Shown piece by piece: positions 36,722 through 46,290 of a stretch of DNA of 64,000 nt (its first letter is position 1; every line of letters begins with the position of its first letter). The notes below the pieces were generated by a model that worked only from the letters and a program-made list of their open reading frames with translations, was not told the DNA's origin and ran no database searches. The stretch is from an uncultured Gemmatimonadales bacterium (GTDB taxonomy: Bacteria; Gemmatimonadota; Gemmatimonadetes; Longimicrobiales; Longimicrobiaceae), in the NCBI GenBank assembly GCA_963716255.1, contig OY970303.1, forward strand, positions 1,920,001-1,984,000, in the 5' to 3' direction. The position numbers and the translations under genes were made by a program.

Positions 36722-39586
36722 CTATTTCACCCCCGCCGTCTCCGGAAGCAGCGTCACCTGCACGTAGTTCGCGGTGTCCAGGTAGCGGCGGGCGGCGCCC
36801 TGCACGTCGGCGGCGGTGAGGCGGGCGGTGCGCTCTCCCCCGGCGGGGATCTCGCGCAGGTCCCAGCCGCTGTTCACGTACGACATCATCTGCGAGATCC
36901 AGAAGGCGTTGTCGCGCATCTCCGTTTCACGCGAGCGCCGCTCCGCCTCCCGTACCTTCTGCAGTTCCGCGGGCGTGGGGCCGGAGCGCTTCAGCGAGTC
37001 CACCTGGGCGAGCACCACGCGCGTCAGCTCGTCCACCCGCTCCGGCGAGGTCCCGAAGCCGATGCTCACCGAGTAGGTGGGGCGCGGGTCGCGCGAGGCG
37101 CCGGCGCCCACGCTGGCCCCGTACGTCCCGCCCATGTCCTCGCGCAGCAGGTCGCGCAGGCGCAGGTCCAGCACCTCTGCCATGGCGTTCATCGCCGCCA
37201 GCGAGTCCCGGTCGAAGGCGGCGCTCCCGGTGAACACCAGCTGGGTGCGCGCCTTTGGCTCCACCCCCTTCCGCACCGTCTTGCGGATCACCCCGCGCGG
37301 GTACGTCATCCCCACGTCGCGCCAGCTTTCCCTGCGCCCGGTGGCGGGGAGCCCGCCCAGCCAGCGCTCCACCTGCGGCCGCAGGCTGTCGGGGTCCAGG
37401 CTCCCCACGAAGTAGAAGGTGAAGTCGCCCGCGTCGGAGAAGCGGTCGCGGTAGAAGGCCAGGGAGCGCTCCAGGTCCATCCGATCGAAGGTCGCGCTGG
37501 TGAGCGGTCGGGCGCGCGGGTGGTTCTGCGCCAGCGCCAGGCGCAGCGTGTCCCCGAAGGCCGCCTCCGGTGAGGCGTCGCGGTTGCGCAGCGCCTCCCG
37601 CGCGCGGGACTGGTACGTGTGGAAGGCGGCGCTGTCCGGGCGCGGCGCCGTGAAGTACAGGTACACCAGCTGGAGAAGCGTTTCCACGTCCTGCGTGGAG
37701 CCTCCCCCGCTGAACCCCTCGCGCAGGTCGCCGATGTTGGGGCCCACGCCCACCAGCTTGCCGGCGAGGCGCTTCCCCAGCTCCACCAGGCTCAGCTCGC
37801 CCACGCCTCCGCCCTGCACCACCCCGGAGGCGGTGAGCGCGGGCACCCAGAGCGAGTCGGGCGCCAGCGACAGCCCGCCGGGGCTGTTGCCGGCGAACAG
37901 GAATTCGTCCTGCTTGAAGTCGGTGGACTTCACGAACACGCGCACGCCGTTGGACAGCGTCCACTCGCGCACGTTCACCCCGGGGACCGTCCGCTCGGAC
38001 ACCACGCGTCCCGGCCGCGGCGGCGTGCCCACCAGGGGGCGGTCGGAGGTGCGGTCGTCGTAGGCCGCCACGGGGCGCCGGGCCACCGAGTCCACGACGG
38101 CGCGCAGCCCGGCCTCGGTGGGCACCCGCAGCCCGGCCTTTTCCGGGAGGCTCACCAGCACCACCCGCCCCGTCTCGCGCAGGCGGGCGGCGGCGAGGCG
38201 GTTCACCTCCGCCAGGGTGATCTCCGGGAGGAAGCGGCGGTACAGCTCGAACTCGGAGGCCACGTCGGGGATGGGCTCGCCCTCCAGGAAGTGGGCCACG
38301 TACTCCGCCGTGAACTGCCCGGAGTGCGTCTTGTCGCGCTCCGCGTACACCTGCTCCCACAGCCGCAGCAGCGTTTCCTTCTGGCGCGCCAGCTCCGAGG
38401 CGGTGAAGCCGTGCCGGGCCGCGCGCTCGGCCTCGGTGAGCAGCGCGTCCAGCCCGCGCTCCACCCCGCCGTCGCGCACCCCGGCCGAGAGCACCTGCGA
38501 CTCCGTGCCGCGCACCAGCGGACCCGAGGAGGCGGAGGCGGACAGGTAGGGCGCGTCCGGCTCCTGCGTCCGCTCGTACAGGCGGTCGCTCAGCATCCCC
38601 AGGTACAGCGTTTCCACGATCGCCTCGCGGTAGCCGCCCACCGTGCCGCCGGCGCGCTCCGGGTGCTTGAAGTACACGGTGACGCCGGAGCCGGTGGTTT
38701 CCGGGTCGGTCGCCACCGAGAACCGCGTTTCCGCGTGCTCGGGGATCCCGAAGGCGGGGCGCTCCCGCGGGGTGGAGGACGCCGGGATGGCGGAGAAGCG
38801 CTCGCGGATGGCGCGGACCATGGCGTCCTGGTCGAAGTCGCCGACGGCGACCACGGCCATCAGCTCCGGGCGGTACCACTCCGCGTAGAAGCGGCGGAGC
38901 GCGGCCGGGTCGGCGCGCTCCAGCGACTCCCGCGAGCCGATGGGGAGCCGCTCGGCGTAGCGCGAGCCGCGGAAGAGCACCGGGAACTGGCGGTCGCGCA
39001 GGCGCGAGCCGGCCCCCTGCCCCAGCCGCCACTCCTCGATCACCACCTTCCTTTCCTTTTCGATCTCCTCCGCGTCGAACGTCACCCCGCGCGCCCAGTC
39101 GTCCAGGATGCGCAGCCCGGTGTCCAGCACTCCGGCGCTGTCGGTGGGGAGGGTCAGCGAGAACACCGTCTCGTCGAAGCCGGTGTACGCGTTGACGTCC
39201 GCCCCGAAGCGCATCCCCACCCGCTCCAGGTAGTCGCGGATCTGCTGCTTGGCGAAGTTGCGCGTCCCGTTGAACGCCATGTGCTCCACCAGGTGCGCCA
39301 TCCCCCGCTGGTCATCGGTCTCCAGCACGGAGCCGGCGTTCACCACCAGGCGCAGCTCGGCGCGCTTCTCCGGCTCGTGGTTGGCGCGCACGTAGTAGCG
39401 CATCCCGTTCGGGAGCCGCCCCATGGCGACCGCCGGGTCAATCGGGAGCGGCGCCTCCAGCGGGGCGCGGGCGGTGGACGGGGTCGCCGCGGGGGCGGTG
39501 CTCCCCTGCGCGAGCGCGCCGGCCGGGAGCCCGGCCAGGGCGACGAGGACGAGGACGTGCGCGGGCACGGTACGGATCGGGGGCAT
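36722..39586 (-). CDS. M16 family zinc protease (PqqL-like), secreted
   Basis: GRLPNGMRYY, GSVLE, HLVEH inverted zinc motif, NAYTGFDET, RLPIG; second half LSNGVRV. Confidence 0.95.
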   Translation of the reverse strand: MPPIRTVPAHVLVLVALAGLPAGALAQGSTAPAATPSTARAPLEAPLPIDPAVAMGRLPNGMRYYVRANHEPEKRAELRLVVNAGSVLETDDQRGMAHLVEHMAFNGTRNFAKQQIRDYLERVGMRFGADVNAYTGFDETVFSLTLPTDSAGVLDTGLRILDDWARGVTFDAEEIEKERKVVIEEWRLGQGAGSRLRDRQFPVLFRGSRYAERLPIGSRESLERADPAALRRFYAEWYRPELMAVVAVGDFDQDAMVRAIRERFSAIPASSTPRERPAFGIPEHAETRFSVATDPETTGSGVTVYFKHPERAGGTVGGYREAIVETLYLGMLSDRLYERTQEPDAPYLSASASSGPLVRGTESQVLSAGVRDGGVERGLDALLTEAERAARHGFTASELARQKETLLRLWEQVYAERDKTHSGQFTAEYVAHFLEGEPIPDVASEFELYRRFLPEITLAEVNRLAAARLRETGRVVLVSLPEKAGLRVPTEAGLRAVVDSVARRPVAAYDDRTSDRPLVGTPPRPGRVVSERTVPGVNVREWTLSNGVRVFVKSTDFKQDEFLFAGNSPGGLSLAPDSLWVPALTASGVVQGGGVGELSLVELGKRLAGKLVGVGPNIGDLREGFSGGGSTQDVETLLQLVYLYFTAPRPDSAAFHTYQSRAREALRNRDASPEAAFGDTLRLALAQNHPRARPLTSATFDRMDLERSLAFYRDRFSDAGDFTFYFVGSLDPDSLRPQVERWLGGLPATGRRESWRDVGMTYPRGVIRKTVRKGVEPKARTQLVFTGSAAFDRDSLAAMNAMAEVLDLRLRDLLREDMGGTYGASVGAGASRDPRPTYSVSIGFGTSPERVDELTRVVLAQVDSLKRSGPTPAELQKVREAERRSRETEMRDNAFWISQMMSYVNSGWDLREIPAGGERTARLTAADVQGAARRYLDTANYVQVTLLPETAGVK

Positions 39587-39704
39587 GGAACCGGGTCGCT
39601 GGGATTCGTCGCCGAAGGGAGCGCGGGCCGCCGCGCCGGCAGGAGTACCCGGGACGCCGCGCGAGGTGCCTGGGCCCTGATGCCGGATCTGGCTGCGACG
39701 GCAT

Positions 39705-39848
39705 TGAACTGCCGGGTTCGGGCGTGCCCCCGGCTGGCGCCGGGGTCGGGCTTCGGCTCCGTAAGCCCGCAAACGACGCGGGCTGACGGAGTCGAGCCCC
39801 GGCAAACTGCCGCCGGGTCTCGCCCCTCCGGGCCGGAATCCCTCACGC
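39705..39848 (-). repeat. Repeat family A, copy 4
   Basis: Full reverse-strand copy. Confidence 0.92.
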
Positions 39849-39873
39849 AGGCATCTCGCCGGCGTCCGCGGGG

Positions 39874-39996
39874 CCCCCACCCGGCGCTGCGCGCCACCCT
39901 CCCCCGATTCTGGGGGAGGGCTTCCTGTGCCTTGCCTTTCGCCGTGTCGTGCTCCCCCTCCCCCCTTAGCGGGGGAGGGGGTCGGGGGGAGGGGGG
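39874..39996. repeat. Repeat family C palindromes
   Basis: CCCTCCCCCGATTCTGGGGGAGGG and CCCCCTCCCCCC..GGGGGAGGGGG. Confidence 0.75.
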
Positions 39997-40004
39997 TCCG
40001 ACGG

Positions 40005-40037
40005 CGAAGGGGCGGCCCCGGCGGGGCCGCCCCTTCG
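40005..40037. terminator. GC hairpin, probable terminator
   Basis: CGAAGGGGCGGCCCC..GGGGCCGCCCCTTCG just past the redoxin stop. Confidence 0.6.
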
Positions 40038-40067
40038 TGTTTCCGATCCCGGTCCGGGCGGCGGGCG

Positions 40068-40706
40068 TCAGCGCGCCCGGGTGGTGCCCGGGGCGGCGGG
40101 CGCGGGCGCTCCCTTGGGCGCCGCGGCGGGGCGGGGCTGGGGCTTCCAGTGCACCATCGCCACCACCGAGTCGATCGCGGGGCGCCCCTTGAGCTCGCCG
40201 AGGTGGGAGTGGATCATCCGCCCCTGCTCATCCAGCACCACCGTGAGCGGCACCGACCCCGCCCGGTAGAGGGCCGTGAGCTTGTCCTGGGGAAAGTGCA
40301 CCACCGGGAAGGGAAGCCGGTTCTTCGCCACGTAGCCGCGGGTGAGCCGGGCCGAGTCCAGCGAGATCCCGTACACCGCCACGGGGACGGAGCGGACCGT
40401 GTCCAGCGACGCCTTGATCTCCCGCCAGGCGGGGAGCGTGGACTGGCAGTACGGACAGGTGGTGGTGAAGACGAAGAGCACCTGCCGCCCCGCGGCCGGC
40501 GACTCCCCCACCGTCACCGGCGCGCCCTCCAGCGTGGTGGTCTGGAAGGTGGGAACGAACATCCCCGCGTACGGGCGCGTGGCGCGCTCCGTCATCTTGG
40601 AGTAGCGGTCGTTGAGGTCGCGCACCTTGAGCGAGAGCACCACCACGAGCGCCGCCGCGGCGGTGAGGGCGATCGCGGGGAGGAGTCTGCCGATCCGTTC
40701 CATCAT
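40068..40706 (-). CDS. Membrane-anchored TlpA-like thioredoxin/redoxin
   Basis: N-terminal TM, PTFQTTTLEG, FTTTCPYC, VPLTVVLDEQG. Confidence 0.85.
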   Translation of the reverse strand: MMERIGRLLPAIALTAAAALVVVLSLKVRDLNDRYSKMTERATRPYAGMFVPTFQTTTLEGAPVTVGESPAAGRQVLFVFTTTCPYCQSTLPAWREIKASLDTVRSVPVAVYGISLDSARLTRGYVAKNRLPFPVVHFPQDKLTALYRAGSVPLTVVLDEQGRMIHSHLGELKGRPAIDSVVAMVHWKPQPRPAAAPKGAPAPAAPGTTRAR

Positions 40707-40907
40707 GGGGAGTGCTCCGGGAGGGAAGGGGGAAGCCAGCGGCCCGGAGGGAGCATAATGCGCCAGCTTTAGCGGATCAAGTGCCCGTCCCGCCGGCAGC
40801 GCGATTCGCCCGCCGGAAAGCCACGCTCCCCCTTGCGGACGCCGGCGCCACCCCGACCCCGGCACAGCCGGGGCACGTCCGGACAGGCAGTTCAATGCCG
40901 TTTCAAC

Positions 40908-42206
40908 TCAGCCCCCCGGCGCCGCGTCCCCGTCCAGCGCCTGGAGCGCGCCGCGCAGGCGGCCGAACATGGCCTCGATCTCGGGGAGCGAGACGGCGCC
41001 CACGGAGAGCCGGAACCAGCCGCTCTCCTCCGCCATGCCGAAGGCCTGGAACGGCACCGCGGCCAGTCCCGCGGCCTCCAGCAGCCAGCGGCGCACGTCC
41101 TCGTTGGTGCGGAGCTCGCCGCCCGCGGACCCCCGGCCGTGCAGCGGAAAGCGCGCGGTGAGGTAGATGGCCCCCATGGGGACGATGGCGTCCACGGGGA
41201 AGCCCTCTTCCCGGAGCCGCACCAGCCCGGCGTAGAGAGCGTCCAGCCGGGCGCGCACCCCCTCGCTCATGGTGGCGTGGTACGCGTCGATCTCGCCGTC
41301 CTCGCGGAGCAGCCGCGCGGTCGCCACCTGCTCGGCGCGCGGCGCCCACGCCCCCACGTGCCCCAGGATGCTCGCCATGCGCGAGGTCAGGTCCGGGGGC
41401 GCCAGCGTCCACCCCACGCGCACGCCGGTGGCGGCGAACGCCTTGGAGATCCCGTCCACGAACACGGTGTAGGGCGCGATCTCCGGGCGCAGCGACACCG
41501 GGTCCACGTGCACCGTGGGTGGAAAGGTGAGCATCCAGTACACCTGGTCGTACATCAGGTACAGCGGCCGCTCGTCCGGCCCGCGGCGCCGGTTCTCCTC
41601 CAGCACCAGGTCGCAGATCTCCCCCAGCGCCTCCGCCGTGAACGCGGTGCCGGTGGGGTTCAGCGGCGAGTTGAGCGCCAGGAGCCGCGCGCCGCGCACC
41701 ACGGGCTCCAGCAGCTCGCGCGTGGGGAGGAAGGCGTCCTCCGGCCGGCAGACCACCGGCACGCCCACGGCGCCCACCAGGTGCGCGTAGTGGTTGTTGT
41801 TCCAGGAGGGGACGGGGTACACCACGCGGTCGCCCGGGTCCACCAGCGCCCGGTAGGTGGCGTAGATCCCCGGCCGCGAGCCCCCGGTGACCAGCACGCA
41901 CTCCGGCGGGTAGTCCAGCCCCAGGCGGCGCCGGTTGAAGTCGCTCACGGCCCCGCGCAGCGCCGCCACCCCGTCCGAGGGCGGGTAGTTGGTCTCGCCC
42001 GCCCGCAGCGCCTCGCCGATGGCGCTCTCCAGGAACGCCGGGATGCGGAACTCCGCCGGGCTGAAGTCGCCCACCGTGAGGTTGCACACCACCGCCCCGT
42101 CCGCCACCATCGCGCGGATCTCGCCCGCGATCTTGAGGATCTCCGACCCGATGAGCCCCGCCGCCATGGCCGAGACCCTTCCTTCCCCTGCCGCCTGGTT
42201 CGCCAC
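40908..42206 (-). CDS. PLP-dependent aminotransferase class I/II
   Basis: AAAGGAGG RBS with GTG; NSPLNPTG, YDQVY, DGISKAFAATGVRVGW. Confidence 0.93.
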   Translation of the reverse strand: MANQAAGEGRVSAMAAGLIGSEILKIAGEIRAMVADGAVVCNLTVGDFSPAEFRIPAFLESAIGEALRAGETNYPPSDGVAALRGAVSDFNRRRLGLDYPPECVLVTGGSRPGIYATYRALVDPGDRVVYPVPSWNNNHYAHLVGAVGVPVVCRPEDAFLPTRELLEPVVRGARLLALNSPLNPTGTAFTAEALGEICDLVLEENRRRGPDERPLYLMYDQVYWMLTFPPTVHVDPVSLRPEIAPYTVFVDGISKAFAATGVRVGWTLAPPDLTSRMASILGHVGAWAPRAEQVATARLLREDGEIDAYHATMSEGVRARLDALYAGLVRLREEGFPVDAIVPMGAIYLTARFPLHGRGSAGGELRTNEDVRRWLLEAAGLAAVPFQAFGMAEESGWFRLSVGAVSLPEIEAMFGRLRGALQALDGDAAPGG

Positions 42207-42394
42207 TGCCGCCCTCCTTTCACCCGGGATCACCGCCGGCCCCGCCGCGGGGTCCGGCGCAGCGGAAAGGATACCGCCCCGGCGGGGCGTGCACCACACC
42301 ACGCACGCACCGGAGACGACAACGCCCCGGCGCCGTGGAGCGCCGGGGCGGTGGCGAGGACCGTGACGCGCGCACGCCCGGCCCCGCCGGACGC

Positions 42395-42643
42395 TCAGAT
42401 CAGGATGCAGCTGCAGCGCGGACCGGTCGCGTACTGGGTGCAGCGGGCCTGCGAGTTGCCGGGCCCGTGGAGGTCGTCGCAGTACTCGACGCAGCGCTGC
42501 AGCTCGTACGCCGAGCAGACCGCCGCCCCCGCCGCCGAGGCCTCTGGCGACGCCGCGAGCGCCTGGCTCGCCCCGGCGCCGAGCACGCCGAGCATCAGCG
42601 CGTTGAACGCGCCCCGCGACAGCTTCCGGTTGGATCTCCGCAT
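42395..42643 (-). CDS. Secreted six-Cys defensin-like peptide 1
   Basis: Signal peptide ending ALA; C-x7-C-x3-C-x12-C-x8-C-x-C; paralogous to its neighbour. Confidence 0.8.
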   Translation of the reverse strand: MRRSNRKLSRGAFNALMLGVLGAGASQALAASPEASAAGAAVCSAYELQRCVEYCDDLHGPGNSQARCTQYATGPRCSCILI

Positions 42644-42698
42644 GGTTCACGTCCCTCGTGGGGGTGATGTGCCGGGCGCCGGCCGCGGCGCCCGGGGC

Positions 42699-42935
42699 TC
42701 AGAACGGCTGGCAGCTGCACACCGTGTTGCCGCTGGAGTACCTGGTGCAGCGGGCGAGCGCGCCCTGGGGATGGAGCGACAGGCAGTACTGGTTGCACCA
42801 GCTCTGCTCGGACGCCGAGCAGAACCCCGCGAATACCTGTGCCGCCGGCTCGCGGACGGACCCGAGGAAGAGCGCCCCGGCGAGCACCACCGCGGCGGAC
42901 GTGGCCTGCAGCACCTTCCGGCTGGATCGCTTCAT
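42699..42935 (-). CDS. Secreted six-Cys defensin-like peptide 2
   Basis: GGAG RBS; basic then hydrophobic leader; C-x7-C-x3-C-x11-C-x9-C-x-C. Confidence 0.8.
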   Translation of the reverse strand: MKRSSRKVLQATSAAVVLAGALFLGSVREPAAQVFAGFCSASEQSWCNQYCLSLHPQGALARCTRYSSGNTVCSCQPF

Positions 42936-43112
42936 CGCTCACTCCCTGGCGTGGGTGCACCCCCGTCCGGCCACGGGACCGCGAAGACTCCGCCGCGGCC
43001 GGAGAAGGCATCCGCATGGTTTCCGACCAGTAATGCGGCACGAATCGTCTGGCGTCAATCTTTTCGTGCCGCGGACACGCGGCGCGGGAGCGCGGCAGCC
43101 GCCCCCGCCGAC

Positions 43113-43158
43113 GAAAAAGCGCCCCCGCCGGGATCTCCCGGCGGGGGCGCCTCTTTCG
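43113..43158 (-). terminator. Intrinsic terminator
   Basis: Minus strand GCGCCCCCGCCGGGA-GA-TCCCGGCGGGGGCGC-TTTTT. Confidence 0.8.
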
Positions 43159-43198
43159 CGTGCTCCGTGCTCTTCAGCACCGTGGGTCTTGCCAACGC

Positions 43199-43237
43199 AA
43201 AGGGGCCGCCGGATGATTACCATCCGACGGCCCCTCG
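43199..43237 (-). terminator. Second hairpin / terminator
   Basis: Minus strand AGGGGCCGTCGGATG..CATCCGGCGGCCCCTTT. Confidence 0.65.
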
Positions 43238-43495
43238 ATTCTGCCGCTCCCCGACGCGATGCCGACCGGCTCGCGCCGCTGCGGAGAAAGTTCGCTGCGC
43301 AGTTCGGCGTCAGCCGACGCGGCGATCGCTTGCCCGGGTCAGGGAACGAACAGCATTCGGTTTGGCCAAGGGATCACCTCCTTCGTTCGGGTTGAACATC
43401 GGGCGTGGACTCCGTCGGAGCCGCAGTTCCGTGGTTCCGCGGCTCCCGGGTTCCCCCGGAGGCCGCCGGCCCCGTCGCCTGCAACCAGCGGCGAC
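43199..43495 (-). ncRNA. Candidate structured small RNA containing a 19-aa ORF (43310-43369)
   Basis: Own promoter, two terminators, several stems, no credible long ORF; AAGGAGGTGATCC before TTG. Confidence 0.45.
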
Positions 43496-43500
43496 GCATG

Positions 43501-43528
43501 AAGATAAACATAATTTCAGAGCTGTCAA
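43501..43528 (-). promoter_or_regulatory. Sigma70-type promoter
   Basis: TTGACA, 16 nt, TATCTT in an AT-rich patch. Confidence 0.7.
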
Positions 43529-43580
43529 CCCGCCCGTCCCCGGCGGATCTCCACCCACCTCGCGCACCGGAAAAGGACCC

Positions 43581-44258
43581 GTGCTCCGCTCCCTCGCCCT
43601 CGCTTCCCTCGCCCTCCTGGCGCTCCCCGGCACCGCCCGCGCGCAGGCCGCCATCGAGGAGCTGTTCTCCAAGACCGAGGCGGTGACCGTGTCCGGCAAC
43701 CTGGGATGCCTCACCGGCTCCGGCATCGCCACCGACTCCGGCAACTGCGGCCTCTACGGCTTCGGGCTGGAGGCCGTCATCAGCCTGGCCACGCCCCAGG
43801 GGAGCGGCTGGGGCTTCGAGCTGGCGCTGGGCTACGGGCAGCTCTCGGGGTTCCGCTCGGACGACCCGACGCTCGACCTGCGCGGCGCGGTGCGGGCGCT
43901 CCCCTCCATCGCGGCGTACGCGTCGCGCGAGCGCAGGATGCCGCTGGGGTTCGAGGACTTCTACTTCGGGCTGCACACCGGCTTCCTCCAGACGGTGAAC
44001 CTGCAGGCGTACGACCCGGAGGGGCGGCAGTATTCGCTGGAGGGCGAGACATTCGAGCTGGGGGTGTCGGTGGGGCTGTACCACCACTCGGGGCTCTTCG
44101 TGGAGCCCACGTACCGCTTCCGCTACTTCCCCAGCGTGGAGTGGACGCTCCCCGAGGGGGTGGACGCGGTGCCGGCCGGCTGGCCGCGGGGGCTCAACCT
44201 GAGCGGGCCGTCGGTGTCGGTGGGCTACCAGTTCTCGGTGCCGTCGTCGGACGGCTGA
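43581..44258 (+). CDS. Outer-membrane beta-barrel-like protein
   Basis: AAGGA RBS with GTG; signal peptide ARA; amphipathic strands; SVSVGYQF near the C-terminus. Confidence 0.75.
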   Translation: MLRSLALASLALLALPGTARAQAAIEELFSKTEAVTVSGNLGCLTGSGIATDSGNCGLYGFGLEAVISLATPQGSGWGFELALGYGQLSGFRSDDPTLDLRGAVRALPSIAAYASRERRMPLGFEDFYFGLHTGFLQTVNLQAYDPEGRQYSLEGETFELGVSVGLYHHSGLFVEPTYRFRYFPSVEWTLPEGVDAVPAGWPRGLNLSGPSVSVGYQFSVPSSDG

Positions 44259-44269
44259 ACGGCTTGTAC

Positions 44270-44413
44270 TGCAACGGAGGGTTGGGGCGTGCCCCTCGCT
44301 GGCGCTCGGGTCGGGCTTCGCGCGCAGTAGGGCAGCAAACAACGCTGCCCGACTGCGCCGAGACGCCGCAGACTGCGCGGCGTCTCGGCCCTCCGGGCGC
44401 GAATCCCTCACGC
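44270..44413 (-). repeat. Repeat family A, diverged copy 5
   Basis: Same ends and loops, with stems replaced by compensatory sequence (GCGCAGT..ACTGCGC; GGGCAGC-GTTGTTT-GCTGCCC). Confidence 0.85.
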
Positions 44414-44500
44414 GGCCGCTGTGCCGGATTCTGTCTGGTCGCGTTGTTGCGGGGACCTCGTGCGGTGCGTCCGTCCATCCGCCCACAGCCCCTCGCCGCC

Positions 44501-45442
44501 ATGTCCACACCCGATCCCGCTGCTCCCGGCGCCGCCGCCCCCCTGCGCGTGGCCGTCACCGGCTCCACCGGGCTGATCGGCACGCCGCTGGTGCGCGCGC
44601 TGCGCGCCGACGGCCACACCGTGCTCCGGCTGGTGCGCTCGCGCCCTGCTGCCGCCGGAGACGAGGTGTACTGGAACCCCGCGCTGGGCGAGATCGACAC
44701 GGCTGCGCTGGAGGGGGTGGACGCGGTGGTGCACCTGGCGGGTGAGAACGTGGGGCAGCCGCCGTGGACGGAGGAGCGCAAGCGCCGCATCATGGACAGC
44801 CGCGCACAGGGAACGTCGCTGGTGGCGCGGACGCTGGCCGGCCTGTCGCCGCGGCCGCGGGTGCTGGTGAGCGCGAGCGCCACCGGCTGGTACGGCGACC
44901 GCGGCGACGAGGTGCTCACCGAGGCGTCGCCGCCGGGCACCGGCTTCCTGGCGGAGGTGTGCCGCGCCTGGGAGGAGTCGGCCGAGCCGGCGCGCGCGGC
45001 GGGGATCCGCGTGGTGCACCCGCGTCTCGGGGTGGTGCTGGCGGGGGAGGGCGGCGCGCTGGAAAAGATGCTCACGCCCTTCAAGCTGGGGGTGGGCGGG
45101 AAGATGGGGAGCGGGCGGCAGTGGATGAGCTGGGTCGCCCTGCACGACGCGGTGGAGGCGCTGCGCTTCGCCCTGCGCGCGGACGGGCTCGCCGGCCCGG
45201 TCAACCTGACCTCGCCGGCCCCGGTCACCAACGCGGAGTTCACGCGGACGCTGGGCCATGTCCTGGGCCGCCCCACCGTGCTCGGCGTGCCGGAGTTCGT
45301 GCTGCGGCTCGCCCTGGGGGAGATGGCGGACCAGGCGCTGCTCGCCAGCCAGCGCGCCGTGCCGGACCGGCTGCGCGAGGCGGGGTTCGTCTTCCAGTAC
45401 CCGGACCTGGAGGGGGCGCTGCGGGTGGCGCTGGGGAAGTAG
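44501..45442 (+). CDS. TIGR01777 family NAD-dependent epimerase-like oxidoreductase
   Basis: VTGSTGLIG, VHLAGE, SASATGWYG, FLAEVCRAWE, GSGRQWMSW. Confidence 0.95.
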   Translation: MSTPDPAAPGAAAPLRVAVTGSTGLIGTPLVRALRADGHTVLRLVRSRPAAAGDEVYWNPALGEIDTAALEGVDAVVHLAGENVGQPPWTEERKRRIMDSRAQGTSLVARTLAGLSPRPRVLVSASATGWYGDRGDEVLTEASPPGTGFLAEVCRAWEESAEPARAAGIRVVHPRLGVVLAGEGGALEKMLTPFKLGVGGKMGSGRQWMSWVALHDAVEALRFALRADGLAGPVNLTSPAPVTNAEFTRTLGHVLGRPTVLGVPEFVLRLALGEMADQALLASQRAVPDRLREAGFVFQYPDLEGALRVALGK

Positions 45443-45482
45443 GGAAACTCCCGCTCCGCGCTTCCCCTTCCACCCGGCGCCC

Positions 45483-46115
45483 ATGTCGCTCCAGGCCTTT
45501 GTCGCGCGGCAGCTCGCCCTCCCCTCCGGCCTCTTCGGGCGCTGGGTGATGGCGCCCATGCTGAACCGCGGGAACCGGGCGATGAACGGGCTCACGCTCC
45601 GGCAGCTCGCGCCCGGCCCCGCCGACCGCGTGCTGGAGGTGGGCTTCGGCGGTGGCGCGCTGCTCGGCGACATCCTCGCCGGCCCGTGCGCCTTCGCCGC
45701 GGGAGTCGACCTGTCGCCGGCCATGGTCGGGCGTGCCCGGCGCCGCTTCCGCTCCGCGATCGCCGCGGGCCGGGCGGAGCTGAAGGCGGGTTCGATCGAC
45801 GCGCTCCCCTACCCGGCGGACGCCTTCTCCGCCGTGTGCAGCGTCAACACCCTGTACTTCTGGCCGGACGTGGACGGGGCGCTGGCCGAGTGCCGGCGGG
45901 TGCTCGCCCCGGGCGGAAGGCTGGTGCTGACCTTCACCGACCGGGCCGCGCTGGAGCGCTGGCCCGGACACCGGCACGGCTTCACGCTGTACGAGCTCGC
46001 CGACGTCGAGCGGCACCTGCGCGGCGCGGGCTTCGATGCGCCCGACGTGGCCGAGGGAACGAACCCGGGCGAGGGCCGCTTCTTCTGCGTGCGCGCCCGG
46101 ACTCCTCTCGCCTGA
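45483..46115 (+). CDS. Class I SAM-dependent methyltransferase
   Basis: QLALPSGLFG, VLEVGFGGG, GVDLS, VNTLYFW, LAPGGRL. Confidence 0.92.
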   Translation: MSLQAFVARQLALPSGLFGRWVMAPMLNRGNRAMNGLTLRQLAPGPADRVLEVGFGGGALLGDILAGPCAFAAGVDLSPAMVGRARRRFRSAIAAGRAELKAGSIDALPYPADAFSAVCSVNTLYFWPDVDGALAECRRVLAPGGRLVLTFTDRAALERWPGHRHGFTLYELADVERHLRGAGFDAPDVAEGTNPGEGRFFCVRARTPLA

Positions 46116-46208
46116 CCGGCGCGCCGTCCGGCCCGCCCCATACGGGAACCGTGCGGCGCAGGCTCGCCGGGGCGACAGCAACGCGATGAAGGCGAGGACG
46201 CGGTGCGG

Positions 46209-46260
46209 TTCTCCCCCTTTCCCCCGCTTGCGGGGGAGAGGGGGTCGGGGGGTGAGGGGG
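46209..46260. repeat. Repeat family C palindrome
   Basis: CCCCCTTTCCCCCGC-TT-GCGGGGGAGAGGGGGTCGGGGGGTGAGGGG. Confidence 0.7.
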
Positions 46261-46290
46261 ACCACCTGTTCGGACGCCAGCGCGGCGCCC

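Noticed and set aside
43371..43383. GGATCACCTCCTT as a 16S rRNA gene fragment
   Set aside because: Only 13 nt match; the flanks show no rRNA sequence. It is better read as an SD on the minus strand
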